Part shown: in pieces, positions 24,401 to 39,400 of the stretch
Numbering within the stretch: position 1 is the stretch's first letter
Layout: each line of letters starts with the position of its first letter
NCBI GenBank assembly: GCA_002633005.1
Contig: NMRA01000126.1
Location: 667,883-731,882, forward strand
Length of the DNA: 64,000 bases
Source: Phoronis australis
Lineage: Eukaryota > Animalia > Phoronida
Direction of reading: 5' to 3'
Position numbers and translations under genes: made by a program
The notes under the pieces: generated by a model
What the model was told of the DNA's origin: nothing
Databases searched by the model: none
Seen by the model: only the letters and a program-made list of their open reading frames with translations

Positions 24401-27400
24401 TTTTTGGCCACCCAAAATAATGTTGCTTTTAATTGCCCACTCCAACCGGAACAAGATTGTTCCTATTGGAGTCTGAACATTTTACGGCGACGGTCGTCCG
24501 AGGAACGAAAAGTTACCGGGGGAGGGAGGGGTGTATGAAGAGAAGAATAAAATGTTCGCTAACCATAATTTTGCATGTCAGTGGCAGATCTACGTTTTCA
24601 GTAAGGGGGGGTTTAGGATTTGAGCAAATCCGAACCGCGTACCGCCAAGCGGAAGGAAGGTCGGGAGGGGGGGGGGAACCCCTCCCGTGTAAGNCCCCCA
24701 AGTAGATCTGCCTCTGCATCTAGTACCCGTTTAGTTGCAATAGCTGACTACGGGCATAAAATATAAGGTTTAGGGAACATCGAACTCGGGGAAACATCGT
24801 CACAGGAAAATATCAGTTCTGGGTTACCGGATATATCGGTCGCAGAGAATATCGCAAAGCATCGGGTCTTTTATAACTGCCGGAAATAACTCAGTTCATT
24901 TTCAAATAAACCACTGGCACGTACCCGGGTGCTTAACAGAGCCAAGTCGGTATACTCTTTCATTTTGGATTGTCACTGTTCTCTTTTGATGTGCAGCTTT
25001 GAAGTGGTGCGCACGCGTGAAAGACAAATCATATTTCGTGCATGTAGCCCCAGAAACAAGTAAAGGGGTTTGAGAATTTCTTGGCAACTGAAAGTAAAGA
25101 CGTGGCCGTCGTTTGAAAATTAAAAGGGTTGTCTTTTTCACTTAAGCTCTCTTATGCGATAAAAAAACCAGACGCACATCTCTAAGTCACGATTGTCTTC
25201 CGGGACTGCTTGCGCGCTTACAACGGGACCGACCAGTGCCGCAGTGCGATATCTGGGATATTGTCGTGGATATTTAGTACATGTAATAAGGACATCTTAA
25301 GCGAAAAAATAAACATATTTCTCTTCTACAAAGTATGCTAAGTTGATCCGCTGTTTTGTGACGTTTTATCACGTTATGCAGTGGCCTGAAACTTTCTTTG
25401 GCGAATCTGGAAATTTGCAAAAGTGGCCGAAAATGTTAGCCAATGAAACGCATCAAAGATCGACTCTGCATATCCCATGTTCACGCGACTTGCTTACAAT
25501 TTATCCAGAAGACTGTTCTCGGTTAGGGTTCTTTTGAACTTGGATTTGGTAACAACAAAGTAACCGGCGGATTAACAAGAGTTGCTATATATTTGCCAGG
25601 TATCAGCCGAGAAGTGTAAAAACTCAGCTCGCATATGTTGGAAATTCCAGGTCGCATTTTGCGACTTGATACGAGCTGACAAAAATCTCAGCTCGCATTT
25701 CCAAATTTCAGGTCGCAAATGCGACCTGCAGCTCGTTATGTCGAGCCCTATAGCATAATGTATTTTTAATTTTAGCATTAAAATTTTCACTATTAGAGCA
25801 ATGTTAAGAGTTTGGGAGTGATAGTGTTGACTCTTTTGTAGTTGTAAAATGCAAGATAAAATAAGGAGGGATAACAGTGTAGTTGAATGAGTTAGCAGTA
25901 ATGTGGTACTTGGTCAACAGAGGGCAGTTTTGACATACAAAAAAACTCGCTGAAAGATCATCTTGTGCCATGTTTACCATGGCTCCTGGTATCAGGATAA
26001 AATGTTTCACTTGTGTCCTGTTAGTATTTGGGTGTGCTAGAGTTATTTTGTTGTAAAGGACGAGGTAAACTTTGGAGAGATGAAGTAAGCTTGTGACGGT
26101 ACGTGCTTCTAAACATGTATATTTTACGAATTAAATACTTGTAACACTGATACAAACGTGTGTTTGTTGAGATTTCTGCATATTTTATTCAGTTGTTCAT
26201 ATATTTTACATCTCAAGTGACAAGTAAGATCACATCGTCCAGTTAAATCAATTTATGTGAATCAGTGCGTAACATTTTGAGAATGACGTTTTGGCACAGG
26301 TTTATACTATGCTTCATTATAAGCTAATTAAAAAATTATCCTTGGAAATGGTCAAAAATATTAGTTGTTGTTTTCTGACTCACAGTTACCTTTGGTGGTG
26401 CTAGTTACTAAAGCACACACACTCATTTAAACTCAGACAGCATACTATACAAGACCATCGCACAGTGCTAAAATGCACTCACGGCTATACTGCAAACCTG
26501 TATGCTTCTAGGAGAATACATTAGAGAAGAATATGTCGAATCCGTCCAAAAGTGAAAGGATGTTGTTGTCTTATTAATAGAAACTTATTTACCAAATTTC
26601 ATAAACATCAGTTCATGAACTCCAAAAATACAGAGGCAAACATAAAAATATCGAACTGCCAATACAAGACACAATGCTGCAGTAGTCCGATCCGTTCAAA
26701 AGAAGTTGCCATCTGCTGCCATATTCATAGGCACGCACTTGTCGTATCTCACAAAGATCCTGCAAGGCGTTTAAGAAATACAGCATGCAAAAAATAAAGT
26801 TGTCACTAGGGAGCACCACAGTAATAAGACCCATCTAAAAATCAAAGTAAGCTATGATCTTCGCAGCAGGAATATATATGCCAATTTTTATATGATCCAT
26901 GGAGAAGCTTGGCAGATAGAGAGGTGGGCTAGTAAGGAACATAAATGGCCACTAGGTAGAGCAGAACAAGTCAATTCCGTCTGAAAATTGGTTCACATCG
27001 TTGTCTCCAGAATAGAAACCTATTTTTCAAATTTCGTAAAATTCTGCCAAGGAATGTAAATACAGAAAATAATTGCCACTAGGTGAACAGTGATAGTTGG
27101 ATAGGTCTGAAACTCGTCATCTATCATCACCTTTCCAGGAACACATCTGTCAAATCTCATTAAGATCCTGCTCGGGGTTAAGGAGATACAGCAGTAAATG
27201 CCGGATGCCCAGACAGAGATAATGGCAATATGCACCCACACATGTATATGTAAGCGCATAAAAATGACCAATAGAGGGCCCAGCATAACTTGAAGAAATC
27301 TGGGAAATCTGAGAACGCAATTTAAACGTGAGCTTTGTTAGAAATGTTAATCAGGGAGTTTGGGTAGTGTAGAACCCGGCAAATACTGACATAATCACAG

Positions 27401-30400
27401 CCCCATGTGTACATTTTTGACATCATCCACATCAATCATACCTTGACGTCGCCCTCCCCGTCCTCGCCATGGTCATCATCCTCGGCTCCGCCCACCGTCT
27501 CCTCCGCCTTTAACTCCTCCACCTTGCCACCATTTTCAGTACCCAGAATGCTCTCCATGGACTGTCGACTGAGTTGTACATCAACAGTGACACATGCTCC
27601 AGCAGTGATGGTGGAGTCTTCTTCATCAACCACTATAGACACACAACAGACATACGGACACAGTTGTGAATTAGCAGTTTCAAGGATTAGGAAACAAGGC
27701 ACAGAAACAATAAAATCATGAAGCAGTTGAAAGACAGGGGCATCACATTCTGAACAAGTACCTAGTTTTGTAACAGATTAAGAACTAAAGATAGTCTTTT
27801 GATTGTTGAAATTCACTGTGTGTCTGAGAGTGGATATCAAGCAGACAGTTGGACCAAAAGGATAACCAGACAAAATGACCACTAGGGGATGCTGTAGCAG
27901 TCGAAATTTCTTGAAAATCGACTGCTGATGGCGCACTTCCCATCACAGACCCCTGTGTCAATTTTCAGTCAAATACATCAACCGGTTCTCATCTCCCCAA
28001 AAGTATTCAAAGCCCCATATCAAGACCAAAATGGCCATAAGGGGTGCTGCTGATGGTTGAATTCATCCAAACATTGACTAATGGTGGCACATTGACAGGG
28101 CATATCTCTGTTTTTAAGTTTCATTGAAATCCAGCATTGGTATTCCAGATAACATTGGCAAATTAAAGCTTTTCTCCCAAAAAGTACTGAAAAAGCCCCA
28201 TGTTGAAACCAAGTTGGCCACTTGAATCTAACTGAAAACTGACTGTTCTGGCGTATTGCTGTCACATACCTTTGTGTCAAGTTTCATTGAAATCCATCCA
28301 TTGGTTCTCTAGATATCACTAGAAAAGCATGCTCCCCTCGCTATAGGGGTCGGGCAGATTAAAAAGCTGTATGCACCGCACTAATGATGCCCTACACCTT
28401 TGTGCCAAATTTCATGGAGTTCTGAATGGGGCTTTTTAAAACACTGAATGGAAACTCAGACAGTAAGGCAGGATGACGACAATATGTCACCACACATGTG
28501 TGTGTGTGTGCATAGAACAGTAAGTATATCTCACCCTAACAAGCATTAAGTGTAGTAGTAATGGTGTTTCATATCCCTTACCATGACACTTGACATCCAT
28601 GGTGACAAGAGGCATTGAACAGCACACATTGATAACATCTCTATACTCCTGGTCAACTAATGACCTCAGCACTGACCGTCGGTCATCTTCAGCCATAGCG
28701 GCAAATTCTTTGATGCTTCGAATGTTTCTCTAAAAAATACATATATCAGTTAGTAAACATTCAGTTTTGTGAAAGCCTCAAAGACATAACAAATATTAAC
28801 AAGTAGAAGCTTGCACATGATCAAGTCAATGATTATTGTAATACCTAAAATGTAACACCAAATCTTGCCAGTACATGCAACTTGTCTAAAACAGGATCAA
28901 TTTCATTTGATCAGCCCTTGCTACAACACGTGCCATGATTTGAGGGCATATAGGCAAAATACATGAATTGCGAATTATCACTAATTGAAATAAGGATTAA
29001 ATGAATATGATCATTCATTCAGGTACTAAGTACTTGATAGGGAAATTATACATTAAAACACCTCCGGCAACTCACTGTAATATATCTTCGAGTATTCCAG
29101 AGCAACCTGACTCTTTCTACTGAGGATTGATGGCTGACTGATTTTTGTGAAAATTGGGACATGATGGCCAAAGAAGACAACAAATAATAGGACAACTGGC
29201 TATGATAAGCATCACAACCATCACACTACGTAGCACACCCCAATACAGAGCATATCCAAACACGCCAAATAACCTACAACTTGGATACTGACAGACGCTC
29301 ATTACTCTGAAGAATTCCTGCCATAAAACAGTAAAGTAGAGTAATGCATCCACAAGGGTTGACCTACATTGTAGATGAATAGGACTCAAGTCAATCAATG
29401 GGTCAACTTACTTTTCTATTGACAAAATGCCGCAGCATGTCTTCAGTTATGTGCGGTAGCTGCAACAGAGGGCTCTTATTGTCCCATAATGCTTGTATCA
29501 CCATGGGAGACATCTTCATTACATTTTCTATAGTATCTAGTCTTGGAATATGCGAGACTGAAAATGCAATGGATAGCACATGAATAGTCCATATACATCA
29601 ACGGTCCCTAAAACTTATTACAATGTATGGACTGTCAGCTAAGATTGTATGGAACTTATTAAATGCAGCTGCACATTATACCAGGTCACACGTCGTATAA
29701 AATGCATTTCAATAAAAACAGCTGTGCAGGAATGACCCTATATGAAAACTAACTGCACAAGTCATGTCAATGGAAACTCAGGTTGAAAACTGAGTCAGTT
29801 CACAGAGTGATATTCGTGACTTGTTTAAAATTCCTGAGATGTTTGAATAACAATTGAAAGTAGTTAATCACAAAAATATCACAATATTTTGTACTTTTAC
29901 CCAATGGGCTCACAGCTAGTAGGATCACAGAGACACCAATTATGGCAAAGAATTTGTATGAAGCAAACCACACTACTAACTAGTAACTGAATGGAGAAGA
30001 GTACACAAGAAGACAACCTTACCTCTGCCAGCGATGCCTAAAGCTGTCATGTTGGCAACAAGTGTAGCCAGCTCGTGGATAAGATAAGGACACTTTTTAA
30101 TGATATATTGTTTATCTGAAATAGACAGTGATGAGATGTTTTAAAGTATCCTAGACCTATTGCCTTAAATGGTATTAAACCCATACTTCCTGTCAAAAAA
30201 CAACTTTTGATTTAGGCCACTAGCCGTTTTAAAAAATGGCCTAACCTTATTCCTCACTCACTTGGAAGTGATCTCTGGGCTCGGGACAAACTGACAGCTT
30301 GTTATTGTTTCACACCATGCTCAACAAGTTTCAGTTCATGATGTGAATGCTTCAGCTCAAACTTGAAAGTTTGAGACACTGACACGGGTTGTAGGTGAAT

Positions 30401-33400
30401 TACTGTCAACCAATTTCACTTCAGACACATGACAAGAAGGAAGTGTAAGCGTGCCTGAGAACCAAACAGTTGTTATGGACACGAGACCATGATTTATAGC
30501 AGGTCTAAAGTGTGGTACACCCATTACCTTACATATTCAGTATACCACTTAGGGCACTTAAATTGAGGAACTCAAAAATCAGGAGGAGGTTGTTAAACTA
30601 AGCATGGTCCCTTCACCATGAAGTGTTTGAGAACTCGTGGTACCCGAACAGTTGATTGGATTGACACCTAGGGAGCTATGGTACATAACAGTTAGACTTC
30701 ACAAGCAACAGTTCTAGAAAACAAGTAAAAGGCTTACAGGGTCTCGAATGGAATGATCATACACGGTAGTTCAGTGGTGTGACCAAGCTTTTCACACAGA
30801 TTAGCATAACTAAAGCCGGCAGCTGGTCGCTAAAACATGCGAATACTTTCCCCCTTTTCTAAACACGGGTCCAACCAATGACATAAAATACATAGCTCAT
30901 CGAGTATGATACTAAAATTCACGCGAGCCAAAAGAACCATGATTTCATGTCTCTTTCAGTAAAGAAGCCGAGAATTTCGGTACTATTTTCCCACTCGAAA
31001 AAGACTGGTTGTTAATGAAAGGTATACAAGTTGCTTACCTTTTAGGAATAAATAATTTGATGAGACGGGAGTTCACAAGGACAAAGGCATTTATAAAGAA
31101 AACTTAGGAATACAAATTAATGGTAGGCAGTGAGTCGAGCATCATATATTAAAAGTGAAATCTTTTCAAATTTCTGGGGGTGTTCAGCTGACGGTGAGAA
31201 TTGGTCCAGACATTCAGGGTAATCATACAATATGACAGACAAGTGAAATAGCAAAAAAAATGTTCAACAAACAATTAATTCACTGTTTGGTCTACTGGAA
31301 CTGACCTATAAATTAATTTTCCACCGCATTTTGTGAGACCAAACAGTATCATCATCTTAGTTACCCAGTTTAAGCCTATTAACAGATATCAAGTTTTCCT
31401 AAAACCACTTAATCTTTGAAATAAAAATGCCGCACACCTCAAATGACAATCTCCACTTTGGGGCACAATGAGATGGTGTTTTACCTGAATAATGCTTTTA
31501 TTTGTCAGGGGAGTCACCACTGCATGTAAAACCAGAGGCTGGAGCTAGTTTGGGGTGCAATTGCTAAATCAGGATTAAGAACAGGGTTGGCGTCAACGCC
31601 GTCCCTGTCACTGAAATATACAACGAAATTGAAAAGGATGCAATATTCCATGAACCGGGGCATTCAGGATGCAATCTCGACTTAAAAAACCTAAACTGAC
31701 TCATAACTTGTTCATTTTTGTATCCAGTGAGTTTTACAGTTTCCTAAGATCTGAAATTTTACGCCAAGTTCACGGGTACATTCTTGCTTTTGGCTTATTC
31801 ACCTAGTGCGACCCATACGATTGATGCAGCTGTGAGGAAAACTCTGACAACTTAATTGATAAACCCAGTCTCCCAAGACTTCACCAGTCAACATATAGAG
31901 ACTAGCCATTCGGTACGACTCTAGGATTTGTATGCTTGTACTAAAATAAAATTTTCCGCTTTTGCTTTCACAAAACATATTTTATTATGGATTCGTAAAT
32001 TATTGTTCTTTTTTGATATTATAGGAAGTAAGTAAGGAGCTTGCACATACATTTTTAGTGATTCTACCACACAGCCTTTCGATTGTTGTACTTTATTGTG
32101 GATGATGTGAATATTGAGGACTCTTAATGTTTATGCCTGACTGTACTATTATATTCAGAGTGACAGGATAAATAAATGTTTATGAATTTATTGTTAATTT
32201 ATACTTCCTTTGCCACGGCATTATATATTACAATATCTCCTTGTCCTTTTAGTGTTGTTTTTTGCACTTATTGTCGCTACAGGAATTTCAAACACGACGA
32301 ACATGGGTACTCAACAAATTTGAGTATGTGGGGACTCAGAATTGTTTAGGCCACCGAGTCCCTACATACACAGTGGCAAACCACTCTAGCACCAACCCTG
32401 GTTACGTATACATTAATTCCACAAGCTCAACATCAGAGTACAGTTCAGTAGCTGTCTTGCAGCTAGAAAAATCTAGTCAAAATCATGTGCTCTCATATAA
32501 AATACACGGCAATATCTCTCGTAATCTCGCTAAGTCTTGCTTTCTAGTGAGGTCCTACCAAGGTCCTTGTGTTACTGAACTCTACCCAGGACAACCGATT
32601 CAATTTCCATACTTAACCTCAAACTTTTCTTACATTAACTGTTTTATTTTTATACAAATCTAATTCTATGAACATGTACATTTTAGTTTACATAATAAAT
32701 GAAAGTCTAAGCCTAGTTCACAAATGATGACTTCAACATCATAGTTGAGAGCTCAGATGTGAACTTAAAATCTCGAGTTTGAATTAGAGTTTGTAGTTTT
32801 AATCTTAAGGTCATCAAGTCCAAACTTGGACAAGAGGCTCATTCATATATGAAGACCATGATATATACTCCACCACATAATCACTGGCAAACTTCTTAAG
32901 TTCTTGATACAGTAGAACAGGAAATGCCAAAAATAATTTGGTGTTCAGACATAAGACTCCAAATGAAAGCGGTGCCACGATGTTACTAAAAGAAAACATT
33001 TAAAAAATTTACTCTTAGACTAAGTAGGCAAGTATGAATTGTACAGGACTGTTGTCATCAAACAAAACTGTTGAAAATTTTATTATTTTTGATGAAAAGT
33101 AGTTTGCCTTTGAAAATGAGAAAAATGGCACTTTTAGCAGTTATTTCATACAAAAAACAGAAGATCAACGATTACCAAAATTCCTCATGTTTTATTCACT
33201 GCTATAAGGACTATAATTGTTAAAGTGTCCCTACCAATTTCTAATGACTTTGGAGGCAATGAGAGCCTGGAGAAATGGGCGTGTAGCAGTGCCCTCGCCT
33301 TGACGCTGTACGGGAAACATAGAGGGCGCTCTTTGTTCTTCTCACCCAACTGAGGAAGATCCTTCATAAGCTGAGGACAAATAGAGTCTGTATCAGAATC

Positions 33401-36400
33401 ATCGTAGACTATAAAGTTAATGCCAATATAGACAAATACAATCTGTATTAGACATGGTAAGAACTACCATAGACAAGAAAGGTAACACATCATAGACAAA
33501 CACAGTCTTTGTAGATATGGTAAGAGCCATCGCAGACAACAAATCTAACGCCATTGTAGACTAAGTTAGATTGGGAACTTGTTCTTGATGGAGAACTTTT
33601 TAATCCTGTATCTAGCTTTGCTTGTCAAGTAAATTGAAATGCAGCAATTACCAAGAAGTCTATTTTTAAAATCAACCCCAAGACAGATTCAAAGCGTGTG
33701 TCATGACCTCAGTGGTCGCACTATGATGCTTTGGTAGCAAAGCTAAAAACAAATCAGTAAGTAGCAGAGCATTTCAAGCGTACTTAAGTGATAAAGTCAC
33801 CAGCCTGGATATCACTGGCGAGAATTGGCAATTTGTAAACAACAGCAATGCAGAGCATTGAAATGCGCCAAGACTGCAGCAAACGGTGTCTTCTAGGGGT
33901 GTTTATTTGCATCATAAATTCATGAAAATCTGTCAAAGAACTTCAAAGATACAAAGGAAAACATAGAAAAACAAACTGCCACTAGGAACTACAGCGGTAG
34001 TCCAATCTGTCCATCTGCTGTCAAGTTAATAAGAATACAATTGCGAAATTTCAAAAACATTTTGTAAGGGTAGGAGATACAACCTTAGATGCGAAAAAAT
34101 ATCACTAGGAGGCACCACAGCAGTTGGACCTGTTTGCAAATCCACGTCAGTCATGCTCTTGTCAGTAGGAACACATCTGCCAATTTTCATGATTCTCTGC
34201 GCAGTTTAGCAGATACAGAAACAGACTAAAAAATAATTAAAGGCCACTAGTTGATGCAGAATATTTTGAATCCATCACAATAAGGAAAAGTGCTACCGTC
34301 TTCATAATAGAAACTTGTTTGCCAAATTTAATGAAAAACCATCAAGGAACTTTTAAGTTACAGAGGCAAACATAAAAATAAAATTGCCACTAGGGAGCAT
34401 AGCAGTAGTTGGATAGGTCTGAAACTCGCCGACATCTTTTAACATCTCCATAGAAAGATCTTGCAAAGGGTAAAGGAGATACAGCCATGGACGCAAAAAA
34501 ATGCCACCAGGGGGTGCCAGAGTAGACGAATACGTCCGAAAATCAACATCAGGCTCAGTCTTCTCATCAGGAACACATCTTCAAAATTTTAAAACTGGTC
34601 CTTCAAACGGCTTGGTGGATGGAGAGGGTGATGTCAAAGACGTCCTCGGAATACTTCAAATCTGCCCAAAAATGAGACAGCGTCATTGTCTCCTTAATAG
34701 AAACTTATCAGCAAAATTTCATATGGTAATAAAAATGGCTGATGTACCTCGAATTTATATCAAACCGGAAACCTGTGCACACTTTAATAGAAACCTATTT
34801 ATTAAACTTCACAAAAATCTGCAAAGGAGTTTCAAAGATACAGAGGACAACGAAAAAAATAAAATTGCCACTGGGGGGGCACAGCGGTTGTCGGATTCAT
34901 TCAAATGTCGTCATTGTCTGTTGTTAACTTCATATAAATACACTTGCCAAATTTAATAAAGATCCTGCAGAGGGTTTAGGAGATACAGCAATAGATGCAA
35001 AAACTGCCACTAGGAGGTACCACAGTAGTGCCAGTCGTCCAAAAATCATCATCAGCCGTTCTCTTCACAGTAGAAACATAAACGCCAATTTTCAAAATCA
35101 TGCTTAGAGTGGTTTGGTTGATAGAGGGCCAGACACCAAAAACAGTAAAAATGGCCATTAGGTGGCGCAAAATACCTAAAATCCATCTGAAAACAGGAGG
35201 GTAGCGTCACCTCAGTAATAAATGCCTATTTGCCAAATTTTATGAAAATCTATTGATGACCTTTGAAGATACTAAAGTAAATGTAAAATACTAAAATTGC
35301 CACTAGGGGGCACACCGGTAGTCAAACCCATCCGAAAGATCGCTCACGCTGTTCCATCTTAAAAGGAACGTGCAAAATTTCATGAACATAAAGGTTTTGG
35401 TGATAGAGTAGCGAATGCCAGATGCCAAACACCGGACGGACAGGGATGACAGCATAATGCATCCACATTATAAATAAGTGGGCGCATAAAAAATCACAAA
35501 AAACTGTAGTCAAAGCTAATAAGATTCAAAAAGTCTATCTTATCCAACAACAATAATCCCTAAATGCGTTCATCAGCCCTATAACCCAAGCAGGTATAGG
35601 AAAGTGCTCAGAAATGAACAACTAAATGAGACTGTAATTTTTTATCTCTAGACTTACACTCCTTTTGTTGTAAGTAATTTGGCGAGACGAATAGAAGGAA
35701 ACAAGAGGAAGCGCTGCCAATTTAGGGTTGAGTAAGTACAACAGTTAGTGTTGATACAAACCAAAGGTATTTCCTCATTATCAGTGGGCCTTTCTATGAT
35801 TTCAGGGTTGTGACTTTTCTCAAACTCAAAAGCTGCAGCTAATATCATGATGGCTCCTAGAAATGAACATAAGAGTCGTGTAATTGGTAAAGATATCTGA
35901 AAATGTGTACGACACATGATTAGTGAACACAAGAGTTGCGTAATTGGTAAAGATATTTGAACATGCGTAATGCACATGATTAGTGAATACAGGAGTCGTG
36001 TCATTGGTAAAGATATTTGAACATGCGTAATGCACATGATTAGTGAATACAGGAGTTGTGTCATTGGTAAAGATATTTGAACATGTGTATGGCACATGAT
36101 TAGTGAATACAGGAGTCGTGTCATTGGTAAAGATATTTGAACATGTGTATGGCACATTATTAGTGAACACGAGTTGTGTCATTGGTGAAGATATTTGAAC
36201 ATGTGTATGGCATAGGATTAGTGAACACAAGCTTAGTGTAAAGATGTTTACAAACACACACTGAAGGTGATTATATTATAGCACAAGAACAAGAATCACT
36301 GACTGATTAAGAATTCTAAGGAAAGACTTTTGATAAGATTGATGGCAACTTGTTCAAATAAGCCTGTTGTACATGACGCGTTCACACACAATTATGATTT

Positions 36401-39400
36401 ACCACGAAGACATTGATTATAAACAAACCCTCTAAAAGGACAACAAAAGCTTTCACTATTTGAAACAAGAACACCAGCCACTTAAATTTAAGGATTTGAT
36501 GCTAAAGTAAATGTTATTTAAAACTGCAGCAACAGCAGCAGCGTCAGCAGCAGCACCATCAAGAATAGCGATGACGACAACAGTGTCAACTGTGGCGCAA
36601 CTGTGACAGTTAAAAGGCAGCAATGGTGGCGCATCAAATGTGGCAGCAGCGGCAGAAGCAACAGCAGCGAATAACTCCGTGATCAACCATAAAACCAAAA
36701 ATTAAGGTCTTGGATCAAACTTCAAAAATCAGTTTACTCACTTTTCAGAATCATATTGGGCGTCTTGTTAATGAAATAGTAGAACAGCTGTGTAGTGTCC
36801 ATCAAGACAGAGTCACTGTTGTACTTTATGGACTTATACCACCATGTGCCCTGAAACCAATCAACACATTAACAACTGATACCCACACAGTTAACACTAT
36901 ACAAACAAAGTAAATACAGGCCCAAATTGTTGGGACCCTTAGATTCATGAAGAAAAACACAAGTTTATGAAAATTGGATACCCCTATGGTTTATCACTAT
37001 AAACAATCAGGATACATGTCCAATCATGGCAAATAGCATTCGTAACACTTTAATGAGTAGTAATTACAATTTACTTGATGACAATTCTACACTCACCACC
37101 ACTATAGGCAGGATGACCATGAACGCCAGTCCATAGGCAGCCAGGACCCAGACGGAGTTCTGCTTCTCCACAATCCACTTGGGCAGGGCAATACCAAACT
37201 GCATGGCACCAGGACCGTCTGGATTACCGTATTCTTCCCAGTTCTTACGGGACTCTTCGTCAGTCAACCTGCAAACAGCCACAACAACCAGGTCACTTAC
37301 AGAGAGCTCAACATATATAAACTTGTGGGTAAAGCACACGAAAACTAAAAGAATTGTTTATGTTCTACATTTTGGTCAGTACAGAGGTGTTAAAGCCTCT
37401 GGCAAAACAGAGCGACAAAACGTATCTTTCAACAATTGTGCCATCTGTTTTTACAGTAGATGACAAAACTAATCCCATAAAATACCGTTTAACACCATGA
37501 CAGCTAATTCTGTTAGCAGAAAACTGGTCATGACTATTATGGTTGCAAAATACTAATTGCAGAAGGCTAATCCACCTTACAAACTTTCTGTTAATCCCAC
37601 TTCAAGCTCAGCCATGAGGTAAGGCCATTCTGATGATGAAGTTACCTTTAGCCCAACAGTCATGACAGGCAATTCCGATTTGTGTCAGAATACTTTGAGT
37701 GTTTGCTATAAGTCAGCTCCATATCAGCTTTGCAGCTTCAATAATATCCAAAAAAATAGTCTAACAACCATTTTCAGATCTTTAAGTTACAACTGTATGC
37801 CCAGAACGCTGTATTTCAGTGATTAACCCCAAAAAATGGCCATGACTGTGTTCAGATGGCTACAAAAAAAAAACAAAAAATGCAAAACCTGAACTCTCAG
37901 CACATAAACTGATTTTGGACCTTCAAACATCAAACATAAATCTGGACATGAGTCTTAGAAACTGCATACATTGTCTTCAGTCATAAACCTGTCTTCAACT
38001 CAACATTTTGAGATTTTCTCAATTCTTCCCATAATAATAAGATAGCACTTGAATGCTCAAATTTTCCCTGACTTTTACTGTGTAAGAAACTGGACAGTGT
38101 TTGTGGAGCATCTTACCACAGAGCTCACGATCACAATGTTTTGAAGAAAACTAAATAGATGTTTAATCCAAAGTACTGCATTTTCACATTTTCACAGACA
38201 TATAACATCAGTAATGCTTTTGATCATCCCTGAAATCTAATTCACTATTCCCAGGCTAACTTTCAGCCAGTAAAATGTAAACTTCATCAAACTCCATTCA
38301 ACACTAGTGACAGACAAGGTAACAAAAGCCTCACTTGGCAGATGTAAGGATGGGGAATATACATACAGCACACATTGGACAGTGAATACAATGAAATGAC
38401 CACCAACAAATGAGAAGCACTCATATACCAGAGTAAACGACAAAACAGGAGTGCTTCTTTTGACCAACAAAACTGTCAGTGTGGTGCTACAAAACATGCC
38501 ATTGGCCATAACATTTGGTCATTTGATAACACGTATACCACCACATGCATATGACTGGTCCACTTGCACGGTACTCACGCTGCGTAAGCCTTGGCTATCC
38601 TCATAAATCTCTTAGAATCCCCCGTCTCCTTGTCAGGATGGTACACTAAGCTGAGTTTACGGTATGCGCTTTTGATTTCTCTCATGGTGGCACCCTGGGC
38701 AAAAAGGTATAAAGTCTCACGCATGCACTATCTACATCCAGTGAAATAATTCAACAAAATTGCCCAGATGCAATTGCCAGACTAAAACACCTGAAGCAAC
38801 TTCTAATAAGCAGTTATCTTACGGTATTAATGTGCTATACAGATAATGAACATTGCGATCCGTTACTTGAGGGTTTCAGAATCAGTATGATTTCACATAA
38901 GAATTGTATGTTGCATACCATATTTAATTTATTTCAAACTGCACACCACGTTAACATAATTTATAACATAAGTTGTGTCTGCCTAGACCTCGTCCAAGCC
39001 AGGGGTAAAAACACGTCAACATGATGCCACTTTACATGTTTCCAGAAAAATAAGAGTTTGAGGCATGCTTTTACAAAGCCCAAAAGTATTACAGTAAACA
39101 TTTTGGTTAACGCCTGTGTTCACGTAAGCATACAGCCCTACTTCTGAAAGAACAGAAAGCAAGCTTGTAAATGCATAAACTGGATCAACTTTGAGTGGCA
39201 GTGTTGTTTGCAGTCGTCACTGAGGACTTCTCATTCTGTTAGTTGACATTGACACTTACTGAGACAGACACAGACTCTCATTCTACAACAAATTTATTTT
39301 TCAAAAGAATCCCGTCTTTTCTCAAAGTTTTAAGAGCAAAATACCACACTTGTTTACCTCTGAGGGCAAAGTGACATTTGTGTGAAATGCATGATGGGGG

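Noticed and set aside
26383-26410. Possible SEC63 micro-exon (tttag|TAACTAGCACC..|gtaact or gtgagt)
   Set aside because: The host intron is phase 0, so the exon would begin with TAA or shift the frame; there is no supporting evidence.
35654-36257. Repetitive ORFs ([11 protein letters not shown].., [12 protein letters not shown]..) as a novel repeat protein, or the 60-bp array as CRISPR
   Set aside because: These are translations of an intronic minisatellite. The units have no unique spacers, there are no cas genes, and the context is eukaryotic.
36456-36698. Ala-rich ORF
   Set aside because: Low-complexity (GCA)n-like intronic sequence with no compatible splice sites needed in the SEC63 exon chain.
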